A stretch of 64,000 bases of DNA from Guillardia theta CCMP2712 (taxonomy: Eukaryota; Protista; Cryptophyta), in the NCBI RefSeq assembly GCF_000315625.1, contig NW_005434495.1, forward strand, positions 1 to 64,000, written 5' to 3'. The number at the start of each line of letters is the position of its first letter. Within the stretch, counting starts at the first letter, position 1. Positions 12,061 through 24,099 of the stretch are shown here, one piece after another. The notes below the pieces were generated by a model, which made no database searches, had not been told where the DNA came from, and saw nothing but the letters and a program-made list of their open reading frames with translations. The translations under genes were made by a program, and so were the position numbers.

Positions 12061-13848
12061 ATGAGCGGAATGAAGGGAAGGGCCATGGGAGTGAGCGGAG
12101 GGACGGCAAGCCTCTTCGAAGTCCTTGATGGAAAGGAAACGAAAGATGGCGAAAGATCCCGCTGGATCGGCAAAGACATATCGCATGCTGTCGATGAGGT
12201 CGGGTTCTACGAGAAAGCTCAGGCAATGAAGGACCAGCCGGGCTGGGGAGTGTTGAGGTGTGGAGATGCTCTGCTTGCTCTCTGACATGATCTCACCATG
12301 TTGCAGTTACACCTTTGAATCACTCGGAGTTCAAGACCTCCCTTGCACCAGCAGCGATGGCAGCGAGGACCTCGGAACAAAGAAGCTCCTGATCCTGCAC
12401 AACCTCCACCACAGGATGAAGAAACTGCGCATGCAGGATGTCAAGATCGGGAAGTACACGGCAGATGCCGACTGGATGGGAAAGTCGAAGACGGCGGCTT
12501 TCAGGAACAACATCGTGGATGACATCACCAACAGCGGGAAAGAAGGATACCGTTTGGAAGGGTTTGACTCCATGCCTTCGTCTCTGGAAACGCTTGATCC
12601 CTCCCTTGAGATGGGCAAGACGAGCTCTCCTGAGAAGGAGAAGAAGAAAATCAGACGCCTGCAGTTCCAACGGCTCTCGGCAGAGAAGTTCCTCAACTTT
12701 CTCCTTGACCTGGCCGACGTGGAAGAGGTTGTCGATGCTTCTACCTCATGTTGGCGCGTGAAGCTGATCGCTGTTGTGTTGCAGAGATCGATTGAGGTCA
12801 CGCTGTCTCGAGAAGAATTTGCCGAGGCAGTCTTGCGGAACATCTTGAAACAGATGTCAGACCTCTGCAGGTATTTCGAGCAGGTCCCGGTCCCTCAGAA
12901 ATGGATCGGATCGTCGGTGGCGCTGGGTTTTGACGTGTTCCAACTCCCGACCAGAGATGAATCTGGTCTGAGGGAGATGATAAAAGTCATCGTCAACATC
13001 TTTGATTGGGGACGTAGCGAGCTCCTTCAGGTGAATCGAGCTGCATGCTTCTAGCAAAGACTCTCTCTGTCCACTAGTTGATTACTCTGTTCCGATGTTG
13101 ACGAGGTATTCAGGAGAGTGAGTTCAACGCCCTTAGCCAGAAGGATCAGCAAGACCGGAGAGAATTTTGGTCTCATTACAAAGCTGGGATATATCGTCTG
13201 TACTACGAGCTTGCAAGGATCTATCAAAACAGATACACGTCTACGGCATTGCAACATCTTCGGATTGTTGTGAGCGATTACGACGCGATGTCCAACGACG
13301 ACGCGATTGGAGAATGCGTGATCAGCATGAAGGAGACAGGCGGAATGATTGAGGTCCCGCTCGTCACAGGAAAGAAGCTCCTGACCGTGAAAGGCGAGCA
13401 GTCCAAGATCTCGGTCAAGATCGAGAAGAGAACATACCCGCCTGTGGCGGGCAAGGGCAGCAGGTTTGCATCCGGATGGCTGGTCACGATTGGAGGCATC
13501 AACGTCATTCCAAACGAGGACAGGATGCGTGGGATGCTCGACTCGTCTGTGAATCACAGCGATCCCTTCCTCATCGTCGAGGCTCTGGAGCAGGCGGACA
13601 GCAGCCAGCGCGTGTCTTTCCGTCGGTCTCGGTGCATCATGAACAACGATCGCCCCACTTGGAACGAAGTTTTCGAGTTTCCAGAGGCTCGGTCGGACGC
13701 AGAGCTGAACTTCTTCAGGAGCTGCGGAATTCCTAAGGACCCTTCCTCTCTCTCTGCCGCTGAGATCAGCAGTTTCTTCCCCCTGAAGAAGGAGGACGTA
13801 GCTGAAGGATTCCGACGATTTCTCGCTTGCGCGGATCTCAAGTATTGA
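12061..13848 (+). CDS. Inositol polyphosphate kinase (IPK) family protein with C-terminal C2-like region
   Basis: EVGFYE, LILHNL, DVKIG, GYRLEG, GSSVAL and IFDWG match the IPK superfamily motifs. C2 fragments VSDYDAMSNDDAIG and SDPFL...PTWNEVFEF follow. Confidence 0.75.
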
Positions 13849-14611
13849 GGGGTCCCAGTCAGCTGAACTGTATGGAATCACTATCTTCCAGCGCAGCCAC
13901 CGACTGGCCCTGAGAATGGACTGACCTGTTGCTGGTTCGCTGGGTCCAACTTAATTTTCCGTATGTCTATGGTGAGCTTCATGTTGTTTTTGTTTTCATG
14001 TTGCGATAAAGCATGTCATGTATCATCCGTTGCCGGGCGGTCATGGGGCCATGATGGACCGGGCGGTCGCTCACACCCAAGTAGCGGCATCAGTACCACT
14101 ACGGTATGTGATCGGGGTGTGATCGGACCACCGCGCCCGGGAGCCGGGCAGCTGCGGCCCGGCAGTGCCCAACATTGCTCGCTCCGCTCGGGTGATCAAT
14201 GTGTTACCTCGTCCGCACAGCACTTCCATGCTTCCTCGAGACGCGGCCTGAGCTTGGTCTTGACGTCGACTTGATCAGCACTATGAACCGAGACCGAGAC
14301 TGCCGTTGACGGCGACGAAACTGCCGCAGCTAAGCCCGAAGACCCTGTACGGAGATATTTCCTCGTAATCCAAGAAACCGTGAAGACAACTCCGAGCTCG
14401 GAGAAGCCAGCTGCGGGGAGCTCCAGCCCAGAGCTATAGCATGTAGGAGATTGACAGGCCCCCTGGGGACAAAGTTACCGGGCCTGCCTCGAGGAGCAAG
14501 CTCTGCGTTTGCTCATCTTACTCAACCATCCTTTCAAGATTACAAGCACAGAGCGTCCTCACTACCCCGACAGCTTGCCGCACACGCGGCAGTGCCAGCC
14601 GCTGGTACTCA

Positions 14612-14935
14612 CCTTGACAGTGTCAAAGATCAAGTAGGCTGCCCTTCCGAATCTCTCCGCGCTACCCTCCATGTCATCCCCGCGCATCGTCGATGCCCCC
14701 CTGCAACTCACCAGCTCCTAGCTGCACCTTCCCTCGCCTCCTCAGCCCAGCCTCGGCTCCCCCATAGCCTGCTCCTCCTCCGACCCGGTAACCAGACCCT
14801 TCTTACCCCTCATGTCGAGAAAGCACAACTTCGGAAGGCTTGCGTCGTCGTCCTCCCCGTTCCAGGCGGGCCCTGGCATAGATCAATCTGAAAGCGTGCT
14901 TCTCCAAAACCTCCGCGCAGCCGCGAGTCACTCAT
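14612..14935 (-). pseudogene. Decayed fragment of an SF1 (UPF1/DNA2-like, AAA_11) helicase
   Basis: IDLCQGPPGTGRTTT at 14843-14875 (Walker A, K->R) is followed after a frameshift by RGKKGLVTGSEEEQAM (motif Ia-like), with in-frame stops. Confidence 0.5.
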
Positions 14936-15266
14936 AGAGATAAATCTCTGTCTCCTTGCATCGAGCCTCGGAGACCAGCGCTGGTCCGGGAGTCCTCCGA
15001 CTATCCTCAGTACAATCCGCTTGGGCGGTGGAGGTCGCTGAGCTCCCGGCCCACGCCGATCATCGGACTCTGTGAGCCAGCCCGGACTCGACCGACACTC
15101 CTAGGCTACTGAGCCGCAGTTTCCGAGGCCCGGGCCGGGCCGGGTATATCGAGTGACTGTGTGGGCCTGCGCATTTGAGTATCTAGTGAAGTAGTAAGGG
15201 CAGTAATATTTCTACCTAATCATCCGATCGCAAACTTCCACGGCCAGGGACGGGAGGAACTGCAGC

Positions 15267-16961
15267 ATGCACGGGATGCGGGCCGTTGCGCTGTTGTTGG
15301 GGTTGATGGCGGTAGGAAGCAGCAGTAGCAGCAGAGGAGGACGTGCAGAGTCAGGCGTCAGGGAGAGAGCCGGCTACAGGCCTTGGTCGAGACGTCAGAG
15401 CAAGAGTCTCCTACTGCCCCTTCGTGGCGGGGGAGGAGCGAAGAAGAATGCTAAGGGAGGGAGCATGATGCATAGGAAGGCAGAGAACTTCTCTTCTTGG
15501 TATTCAGAAGTCCTTCTCAAGGCTGAGCTGATAGATTACTACGACATCAGCGGCTGCTACATCCTCAGGCCATGGGCGTTCTCGATGTGGGAGGTGGTGC
15601 AGCAAGACCTGGACAAGCGGATCAAGAGCATGGGCGTGAAGAACTGCTACTTCCCCTTGTTCGTCTCTGAGGGAGCTCTCAATGCCGAGAAAGAGCATGT
15701 CGAAGGCTTCACCCCGGAGGTTGCCTGGGTGACGAGAAGCGGGTCCTCCAACCTCACGAGCCCAATCGCGATCCGCCCCACCAGCGAGACAGTGATCTAC
15801 CCGTACATGAGCAAGTGGATCCGGTCCCATCGGGACCTCCCTCTCAAGATCAACCAGTGGTGCAACGTCATCCGCTGGGAGTTCAAGCACCCCACCCCTT
15901 TCCTGCGCACTCGCGAATTCCTATGGCAGGAGGGGCACACGGCGCACGAGAAAGAGGAAGCAGCCCGAGCAGAAGTGCTGGAGGTGCTGGACATGTATGC
16001 TGACGTGTACAAAGATCTTCTCGCCGTCCCTGTGATCAAGGGGGAGAAGACGAGGAGGGAGAAGTTCGCAGGAGCAGACTACACCATGTCGACCGAGGCG
16101 TTCATACCCGCGACCGGCCGAGGAATCCAGGCCGCCACCTCCCATGGCCTCGGGCAGAATTTCGCCAAGATCTTCAAGATTGAGTTTGAGAACGAGAGCA
16201 GCCAGAAGTGTCAAGTGTGGCAGAACTGCTGGGGATTCACAACAAGAAGCCTCGGCATCATGATCATGCTGCATGGCGACGACCAGGGGCTGGTCATCCC
16301 TCCCCGAGTGGCGCCAGTGCAGGTAGTGCTAATCCCGATCATGCAGGAAGACTGCAATGCGGAGCAGATGAAGTCAGACCTGGTGAGGATGGAGGAGGAG
16401 CTCAAGAGCAGGAGCGTGAGGACCGTCATCGACGACTCGTCGTCTCGCACCCCTGGTTGGAAGTACAATCACTGGGAAATGAAGGGGGTGCCTTTGCGGC
16501 TCGAGTATGGGCCCAAGGACATGCAGGCAGGATCAGTTCGTCTGGTGCGACGAGACAACAGAGCCAAGTTCGACGTGTCGGTAGAGCAGCTGGGGGAGCA
16601 GGTGGAGAAAATACTACAGGACATCCAACAGAGCCTGTACGAGAGCGCGCTCAGGGTCCAAGAGGAGCAAACGAGGAAAGTCACGGGATTGGAGGAGTTC
16701 ATGGAAGCGATCGGCAAGGGAATGATGGCTGTTGCTCCTTCCTGCAACCGAGAGGCTTGTGAGGAGGCTGTGGTTGAGAAGAGCAAGGGGCCAGCGCGAG
16801 GCTCTCCAAGCCATGAGGAGGAGCAGGAAACAGACGCAATGCTGGGGAGCTTGAAGGCGCTATGCATACCCTCCCAGCAAGACGAAGTGGCTGAGGGCAC
16901 TAGATGCTTTGCCTGCGATCAACCGGCGACTTGCCATATCTTGTGGGGGAAAAGCTACTAA
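15267..16961 (+). CDS. proS: Prolyl-tRNA synthetase, eukaryote/archaeal type, intronless, with signal peptide and transit-like extension
   Basis: IRPTSET, QWCNVIRWEF, PFLRTREFLWQEGHT, GIQAATSHGLGQNF, PGWKYNHWEMKGVP, C-terminal GKSY. Confidence 0.96.
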   Translation: MHGMRAVALLLGLMAVGSSSSSRGGRAESGVRERAGYRPWSRRQSKSLLLPLRGGGGAKKNAKGGSMMHRKAENFSSWYSEVLLKAELIDYYDISGCYILRPWAFSMWEVVQQDLDKRIKSMGVKNCYFPLFVSEGALNAEKEHVEGFTPEVAWVTRSGSSNLTSPIAIRPTSETVIYPYMSKWIRSHRDLPLKINQWCNVIRWEFKHPTPFLRTREFLWQEGHTAHEKEEAARAEVLEVLDMYADVYKDLLAVPVIKGEKTRREKFAGADYTMSTEAFIPATGRGIQAATSHGLGQNFAKIFKIEFENESSQKCQVWQNCWGFTTRSLGIMIMLHGDDQGLVIPPRVAPVQVVLIPIMQEDCNAEQMKSDLVRMEEELKSRSVRTVIDDSSSRTPGWKYNHWEMKGVPLRLEYGPKDMQAGSVRLVRRDNRAKFDVSVEQLGEQVEKILQDIQQSLYESALRVQEEQTRKVTGLEEFMEAIGKGMMAVAPSCNREACEEAVVEKSKGPARGSPSHEEEQETDAMLGSLKALCIPSQQDEVAEGTRCFACDQPATCHILWGKSY

Positions 16962-16979
16962 CTGGCTAGAGCAAAGGAC

Positions 16980-18750
16980 TAGCACCAAGTCTTTCCCTCC
17001 TCGCTCTCTGCTTCTCGCTCGCCTGCACTCTCTGAGATCGTGATCTTACGAACAAGACTTGTCAGCCAACAGGAAATGTACAGGAGGGATCATTGCTCAC
17101 CTTGCTGCTCGCAGAATTCCATCAAGAGTTTCCACCACAACATGTCAGAGGGGCGATGGCGCAAAGTTGCATCTCACCTCAACCACTTGTTGGTGAGGAG
17201 GAGCAGGTCTTCTCCGACGGCATCCTGGCCCCCGATTCTCACGAGCTGCTGGAGGACAAGAGCAGGATCTCACCTCCTGCATGTCTTGCACGTAAATCCT
17301 GAGAATCTTCGAGCGAGGAAAATGTGAATAGGCTGCTGAAATCTTGCTGGTTGAGATGGACTCAAAGAGGTCTTGTAGGAGCTGAGAAACAACTCTGTCA
17401 ACGTCTTGCGATGGGACCATCGAACCATGTTGGAGCTACCATGAAGAGCAGCTCCTCTTGGTCGATCGTGTTCTTCTCCGTGTTGTTGGCAGAATCTCCA
17501 AACTGCCAGCCATTCATCACCCATGATGCTTCAAACCCAATCATAGCTCACAAACTCATCGTCGCTCCAGCTTCCCTGTTGACCTTCATCTTCCTTCTCC
17601 TCTTCCTCGAATTGCAGCTCGGTTGCCCTACCGCCATGTCATTCACATCTCTCTGACCGAGTCCTTCATACCTGTTCATCATGATGCGAAAGCATTTGGT
17701 CCTCCACCTCATGCTCGTCTCTTCGTTCCACCCTTCGAGCAGGTCAAGGATCATCATTTCTTTCTCCACCGTCAGCTTTCGAGCAGGGATTAGAGGATTG
17801 TTTGATCAAGTTAGAGCAGCACACCAGGAACTTCAAGAGCTGAGGAACGGTATAGCCGAAGGCTGTGACGGAGCTGGTGGATAGCTGCAGACTTGAGAGG
17901 GAGCAGGTAGTCATAGTTGTTGAGGAACAAACAGCAAGCATACCTCTGATTCGCATCCTCCCTCATCTCCTCCTTCTTCTCCATGATCTTCTTCATCAAC
18001 CGCTCCCGCTGCTGCTCCTTCTCAACAACCTCAACACCATTGCGAAAGGACCCTGCTGGGACAGCACGCTTCTTTGACTCGCCACTGTAACTCTGCAAGG
18101 GTGCGTTTGCAAGCCAGTCAAATATTCCTTTGTAGCATCTGGAGAGGGTCACGCCATGGCATACATCCGTCCTCCTCCTTCACCTCCCGTCCTTCATGTC
18201 AAAGATCCCGACCCCATTCTGCATGATGTATCCTACCTGCAGCAGTGTCAAAGGGCCAACAGGAGAGTCTCGACCCTCCTCCTCCTGCTCGTCACCTTGT
18301 AGAATCCCCGCATTTTCCGCGAGACGAATGTGACAGTGCCTAGTGGGTGAGGAGAGGCGGGAAAGTCTTTCATCCTCGCGACTTCGGCCCGTGGGGGCAC
18401 CACGGATCCTCCTCGCGGCTTGATCGTTGCGATGACGTCAGCGCTGCATCTTGAAGATCCTCCGGCCACCGCAAGACTTGTCAAGTGCCTCTCCTGATGG
18501 ATCAAATTCGGTGACTCCTTTCCTCTCCAGCCCCCCTCTTCTCTATCCCTCCCTCCCCCTCTCAGGCCCGATGGCTATGGTGACTCGCCCGGCCTCCCTT
18601 CCCTCCACTCCTGCTCTGTCTCCCACTTCACTCTCTGTCACTCTCACCCCCCTCATCAATCATCTCTGATCTATCCTTCATTCTTCCCCTCTCCTCCTCC
18701 TCCTCCTCCTCCTCCTCCTCCCTGCGCCCACCCGTCCCCTCCCTCATGCT
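16980..18750 (-). CDS. Multi-exon hypothetical protein
   Basis: Chain of open exons separated by GT-AG introns (...RGFYK|VGYIMQNGVGIFDMKDG|RCYKGIFDWL...). Both ends uncertain. Confidence 0.45.
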
Positions 18751-19472
18751 TCGCCCATCTAGTCAACGTGACTCCGACGTGACTCTCAACTTGGAGCCTC
18801 ATCGCCCTCGTACCCATCATCACCCTCATCCTCATCAACGGACGGTGACCGCCAAGTCAAATTGCTGTTGGATTTTGGAGGAGGACCCATGGGAGAAGAG
18901 AGGAGGAGGGGAGGGGAGAGGAGAAGAGAGGAGAGGAGGAAGAAAAGATTAGGGAGAAGCATACAAAGCTGAGAGGAGGCGAACGTCAAGTGAGAATTGA
19001 AAAAGCGAAAGGAGAGAGTGAAGTAGAGGAGGGGAAATGTTCACTCAGGGAGAAAAATGGAGGAGAAGGAGGGAGGGACAATGCAATGGAGAAGTGAGCC
19101 GAGGAGAGAAGAGGAGAACAAGAGCGAGGGGAGGATGAGAGAACGAAAGGGTGATAGAGGAAATGGTGGAGTTTTTGGGGGAGTAGATGCGAGGAAGGAT
19201 GACGGGAATGAGAGGAGAGAGTGGGATCTATCAGAGAGAAGGAGAAGGAGAGAAGGAAGGAGAACAAGTGAGGCGGAGAGGTAGGAAGGCGAAGAGGAGG
19301 AAGATGGGGAGAGACGAGGATAAAGCAATGAGGAAGGGAGCAGAACAGAGAGTGGAAGAGGGGCGGGCTTAGAAGGCGATTGGGTTGTATTGGAGGAGGG
19401 GAGGGAAGGAAAGTCCTTTGAATTTCGTCTTACGTCGACTCTTTACAGTCTTTGGAAGGTTGTTAATTTGGC

Positions 19473-20351
19473 ATGATGGAGTCAGCTCAGAGCAGATCAG
19501 CACCCATGCCAACAAACATATGGGAAAGTAGTTTTCGGCAATCCACAGAGTGATGTTGACAGTTGTCGCATATCACGAAGATGCTAACTCTATCTACAGT
19601 GAAACTGGAATGCCTGCCATGACAAACATCATGAGCCATAGGTTTCTGACAGGGGACCGTCTTGATGACAACTATCAGCCCCACACCAAAGTCCTCAAGA
19701 CGGTCAGAAATGGCCAACAGCTGTTCGAAGGAAAGACGACGATGATCGAATCTTTGATCCAGAACAGATTTGTCTCAGAAATCAACGCAAGATTCGGTAC
19801 AAGAAATGCCCCTAAAGTATTCCAATCGTTGGACGAGACCGGAATTCCTATCATAGAGAGCACGATCAAAGGGAGATGGATATTTCAGGGGTCAAAGAAA
19901 AAACCTCTCACTGATTCAAGGCAATCCAAGGATTTCATCTCAAAAAATAAGGTTCACTATTTTCAGCTTTCGCTGCTGCTTCTCTTTCTCAAATTGCTGC
20001 TGCTGTTTATCCTTTTCCTCCCCCCCTTCCCCCTCCTCCTCCTCCTCCTCCTCCTCCTGGTCTTCTTCCACCTCATATACATCGTTGACATCTTTTCAGT
20101 TGCTGATCTCGACGTACTCAAGACGTTCTACTGCCTCTACTGCCTCTACCATGCCTCCTCGTCCTCATAGTGTAATCGGCCTGACGCCTTCGAACATCCC
20201 TCCGTTGCCGGGCAGGAAACTGTACCTCGACGGGGAGCTGAGGATTCCCAAGACTGCGCACGAGAAAGCTCTGTATGTAGCGAGCGAGCATGCGAGGGGC
20301 GAGAGATTTCAGCGCGAAAAACCGAAAAGCACGAGTAAGTACCTTCGTTAG
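19473..20351 (+). CDS. Hypothetical protein
   Basis: Open exons 19550-19950 and 20170-20351 linked by a CT-rich intron. Confidence 0.45.
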
Positions 20352-20532
20352 CGCAGAGATACTAGTAACGGAGCGTGTGCCATGGCGGACTGGGCGATGA
20401 GGAAGTGAAAGAACAGGAAAGGGGAGGGCAGGGCTGAGACAGGTAGCACGTTGCCGGTGTGGTGTGAGTTTGAAACACAGAAGAAAACAACAAGAAAAAA
20501 TTCATTTCGACAAAAAGAGAGATTTTCATAGC

Positions 20533-21453
20533 CTAATGTTTCTTGGCCTTCTTTGACTTGGGGGAGACGTAGCTTCTGATGAAGAAGTTGAGGAAGAGAG
20601 CAAAGAGAGACATAATGTAGACGAGGTACAACTGCGTCACCTTCCTGGGGAAGGTCTGGCAGTTGGACTGGAGGAGCCAGATTGCCTGCCCGTTCATGGT
20701 GATGAACTGAATCATCTGCATCATCGTGAGGTACTTCTTCCACCAGATGTCCTTGGTGTGCATGGAGACGAAGTAGTAGGTGTACATAACAGTGTGGATG
20801 AACCCATTGAGGACGATGGTCAGGTAGATGTCTCCGTCATACCCCACGTTGACGTTCATCCAGTAGATCATGAAGATCGTAAGGTGATGGTACACGTGCA
20901 GGAAGGAAAGCTGCTCCCACTTCTTGCCCAGCACGATGAAGAAAGTGTCCATGAAGTCCAGGACCTTGGAGATGTAGAACAACCAGAGCACAGGGGCGAT
21001 GGGAGGGTTCTCAGTCTTGAAGGGGTTGCACGGAACGAGATTGTAGTTGTGCCTGTAAGCGAGGATGCCAGCCTCGAGTGTCATGTAAGAGCAGAGCATC
21101 ACTTGCAGGATGTTGTAGACGAAGCGGATGGGGTACGTCAGCTTGTCCAGGGATCGGAATGGGATCATCACGATCTGCACCAACGTCAGGAGTGTTCTAC
21201 AGCCGCTCGACGTGTCTCACTCTTCCAACAATGACCAATGCGAAGTAGATGGCTGAGATGGCGAAGGCCGAGGCAAAGTCGGTGAGGAACCAACCCTTCC
21301 AGCTAGTGAGATCAAGAGGCTCGAGGAGGTTCAACGCACCTGCGTGGGCAAGGGCTTGATCGCCTTTCCGCTGTCATCGAACAACTCTGTGTTGGCTGCA
21401 AAGTTAAGCAGTTGGCGGCCAACAGCGTCTGCCCATGGCTTGTAGGCTTCCAT
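20533..21453 (-). CDS. ELO-family PUFA elongase, delta-6 elongase-like
   Basis: KVLDFMDT, SFLHVYHH, NGFIHTVMYTYY, TMMQMIQF and a lysine-rich C-terminus. It resembles diatom ELO1-type enzymes. The start MEAYKPWADAVG lies two exons upstream of the ORF. Confidence 0.92.
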
Positions 21454-22710
21454 CTCTTGATTACAGGGAGGAGAACCTGCGCCTTGGTCTCAGTTCTCCA
21501 ACATCCCATGCATACGTGACTAGCATTAGGAGCGAGAAATTCGAACTTATTTGAATGTGGCTACGGGTACGCAAACGTAAATGCTCACGCAAAGCACCAA
21601 TACGAAGGGAGGGAGGGACAAGAAGAGAGCGCTGAACACAACTTCTCAATAGACGTGAGCAGAGAGAGAGAGGAACAGACGGCGAACACGTTAGCATGTC
21701 ACATGAGTAGAGCTGGAACAAACAGAAACCCAGGACGTCATAACATGCAAGGAAAGAGGAAAAGTGGAGATGAGGGATGAGCAGGGAGACCATGTTGGGG
21801 GGAAGGAAACACGCAGTCAAGGGAGCGATGTAAGACGAATACAAGGAGAGGGAGCGCAAGGAAGGAGAGCAGGAGGCGGAGGAGCCATTGTGCGCGGGGG
21901 TTAATAACTACAAGGAAGGGTCTGCATGCAAGGGGACGGAATCTTCTCCGACCCCATACTTCGGTGGCATGGACTGGAAAGTACCGGTCCTTGCTCTTTT
22001 TTGCGCGACAGGTCAGATGAATGGAGGGGTACTTTGATTGCTTGAAGGGGGTAGTGATAAAGTACATAGGGTGATCGTCAAGGGTAGGCCTTGAAAGTGG
22101 GGTGGGGTGTGGGGGTCCTCGTGCCTGACCCCCTGAGGGGATGAGGAGATCAGGAAGGGCATCGGGGTCATCGAATCTTGATGGGTAGGGGTCCGATAGA
22201 CAGGTCGTTAAATGGGAAAGTACCAGGGTGAATGACTTGAAAACTGAGGAAAAAGAAGGGTGAGGGTACTTGACAAGGGGTGTCGAAATGATCTCATCGT
22301 ATTTGACGGGTGGGGGTGGAGTCTCAAGAGGAAATAAGTACCCCTTAATTTCCCTGAAACATTGGGGTAGGGGTATTGTGGTCAGTATCCGAGTTTGCCC
22401 CAGGACGAACAGAAAGCAGGAGAAATGTCGAGCGATGCGAGAGGGAGGGGAAGGGCAGCAAATCAGGAGGAGGAGGAAGAGGAAGAGGAAGAGAGGAGAG
22501 AGACTGGGAGAGTAGAGGAGCAAGAAGAAGGGTAGAAGGAATGCTTTGATGTGCGAATACGCCAAGACTACTTGAATGGCTCAAGCAGTCGGAGCGATCG
22601 AAAAATTGAAGCAGGGGCGATAGGAATGGACTTGAGGCCAGGAGGGGAGGAAAAATGGACCTTGACATATCGGATCGCAGGTCAAAAGTATGTGATTGTG
22701 AGAAGGACTT

Positions 22711-24063
22711 ATGGACTTGACCGTTGTTATTGTGACTTCTCCCTCCTGGACCGATCCGTCTCTCGGTCTGATCGAGCCAGTCATAGCGAGTTTGGCGCTG
22801 GTAGAAGGGGTGGAATCCTGTATAGGAGGCATCAAGATCGTTCTAGATGGCTACAAGATACACAAGACAGCGCAGACGAAGAGAGGAAGGGTCACGAAGG
22901 AGATGGCAGAATCCTATGAGGTGAATGTTGTAACTTGTGCGGTGAAGAGCTGAACTCATCCGCAGCTGTATTATCAAAACCTTGCAAATAGATACTCTCT
23001 TGATTCGAGATTCTCCCTCCTCCGCTGCCCCGAGCACTTTGGGTTTGCCATGGCGGTGCGCTATGGGCTGGAGGTAGAGCGATGGCAGTGACGGGGAGGG
23101 AAGGGTATAACGTGGATTGCAGCATTGCTCCACTGAGTTTGCGCTGATAGTTCAGCATGACCGATCGTTTGTTGCGTCTTTCGATCGTCTCCCCCAAGTG
23201 TTGAGCACGATGAGATCTGTCAGCTGGATCAGATACGCTGGATTCCCCAGCGTCATGAACTGTTCGCACCCAAGGACCCTGTCATGCCGATACGGGCTAG
23301 GGGGCCTGGTGAAGGAGGAGAATCGCGTCAGGGTCGAGGGAGAGGAAGCGATGGAGCTGATGCCTCTTGCCTTCTGGTATGACTCCAATCACATCGCTCA
23401 CGTGGGACGATACCTGGAGATCTTCGCGCCCTATACAAACCTCCCGTTGGAGCTGCGGGAAGCGATCGGTAGGGAGAACGTGCACCAGCTGCTGTTGAGG
23501 AAGGGAGACTTCATCGAGGACAGGTTCGGTCAGGCGCAGGTGAGATCTCCTCCTCTCTCCTTCCCCCTCTCACGTATCTCCTCGCTGAGTAGCGGAAGCT
23601 GCTCACGGGATCAGGGTTGCGGGAGGACGAGGCTCTGCTAGGGAGGATGCACAGATGGTTCGGCAGCTACCTGATCTGGGACAGGAGGGGCTGCGGGCAG
23701 GAGGACGAGGACGTCACCTGCAGAGTTTATGTGGTGAGGATGGGAGAAGGGAAAGAGAGGAGACAAGAGAGGGGGCGAGGGAAGAGTCGGGAGGAGGCAA
23801 GGACTGGGGTGTGGCTGGGGTGCTGGGGATCCGGGAGGGAGTTGAAGAGGACCGGGCCAGAGAGGAGGAGAGGAAGAGGAGACAGAGGAAAGGTTTCCTG
23901 ACGTGACAGCAGGGGCATCTGCCAGGAGCGAAGAGGGGAGGGCAGAGTTACGCGATACAGACAGACACGCACCCTCTGTCAAAGACTTGCAAGAGGAAGG
24001 AGTGGGTGGCTGCTGGCAGACTGTCCCAGTCCCAGCCTTCCTCCTCCGTCAAGGATGAAGTGA
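22711..24063 (+). CDS. Hypothetical GT-A-fold glycosyltransferase-like protein
   Basis: TVVIVTSPS..PS, IVLDG, HFGFAMAVRYGL, STEFALIVQHD (DxD-position motif), FWYDSNHIA. Confidence 0.45.
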
Positions 24064-24099
24064 TGGAGCACCTGGCGGCTGATTGAGCTGTCAGATACT

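Noticed and set aside
14451-14891. 146-aa + strand ORF
   Set aside because: It has a non-ATG start and no motif; the recognisable signal is on the minus strand.
14908-14925. Fourth LRGG (SRLRGG) in the helicase relic
   Set aside because: There is no preceding signal peptide and the context is degraded, so it is likely chance.
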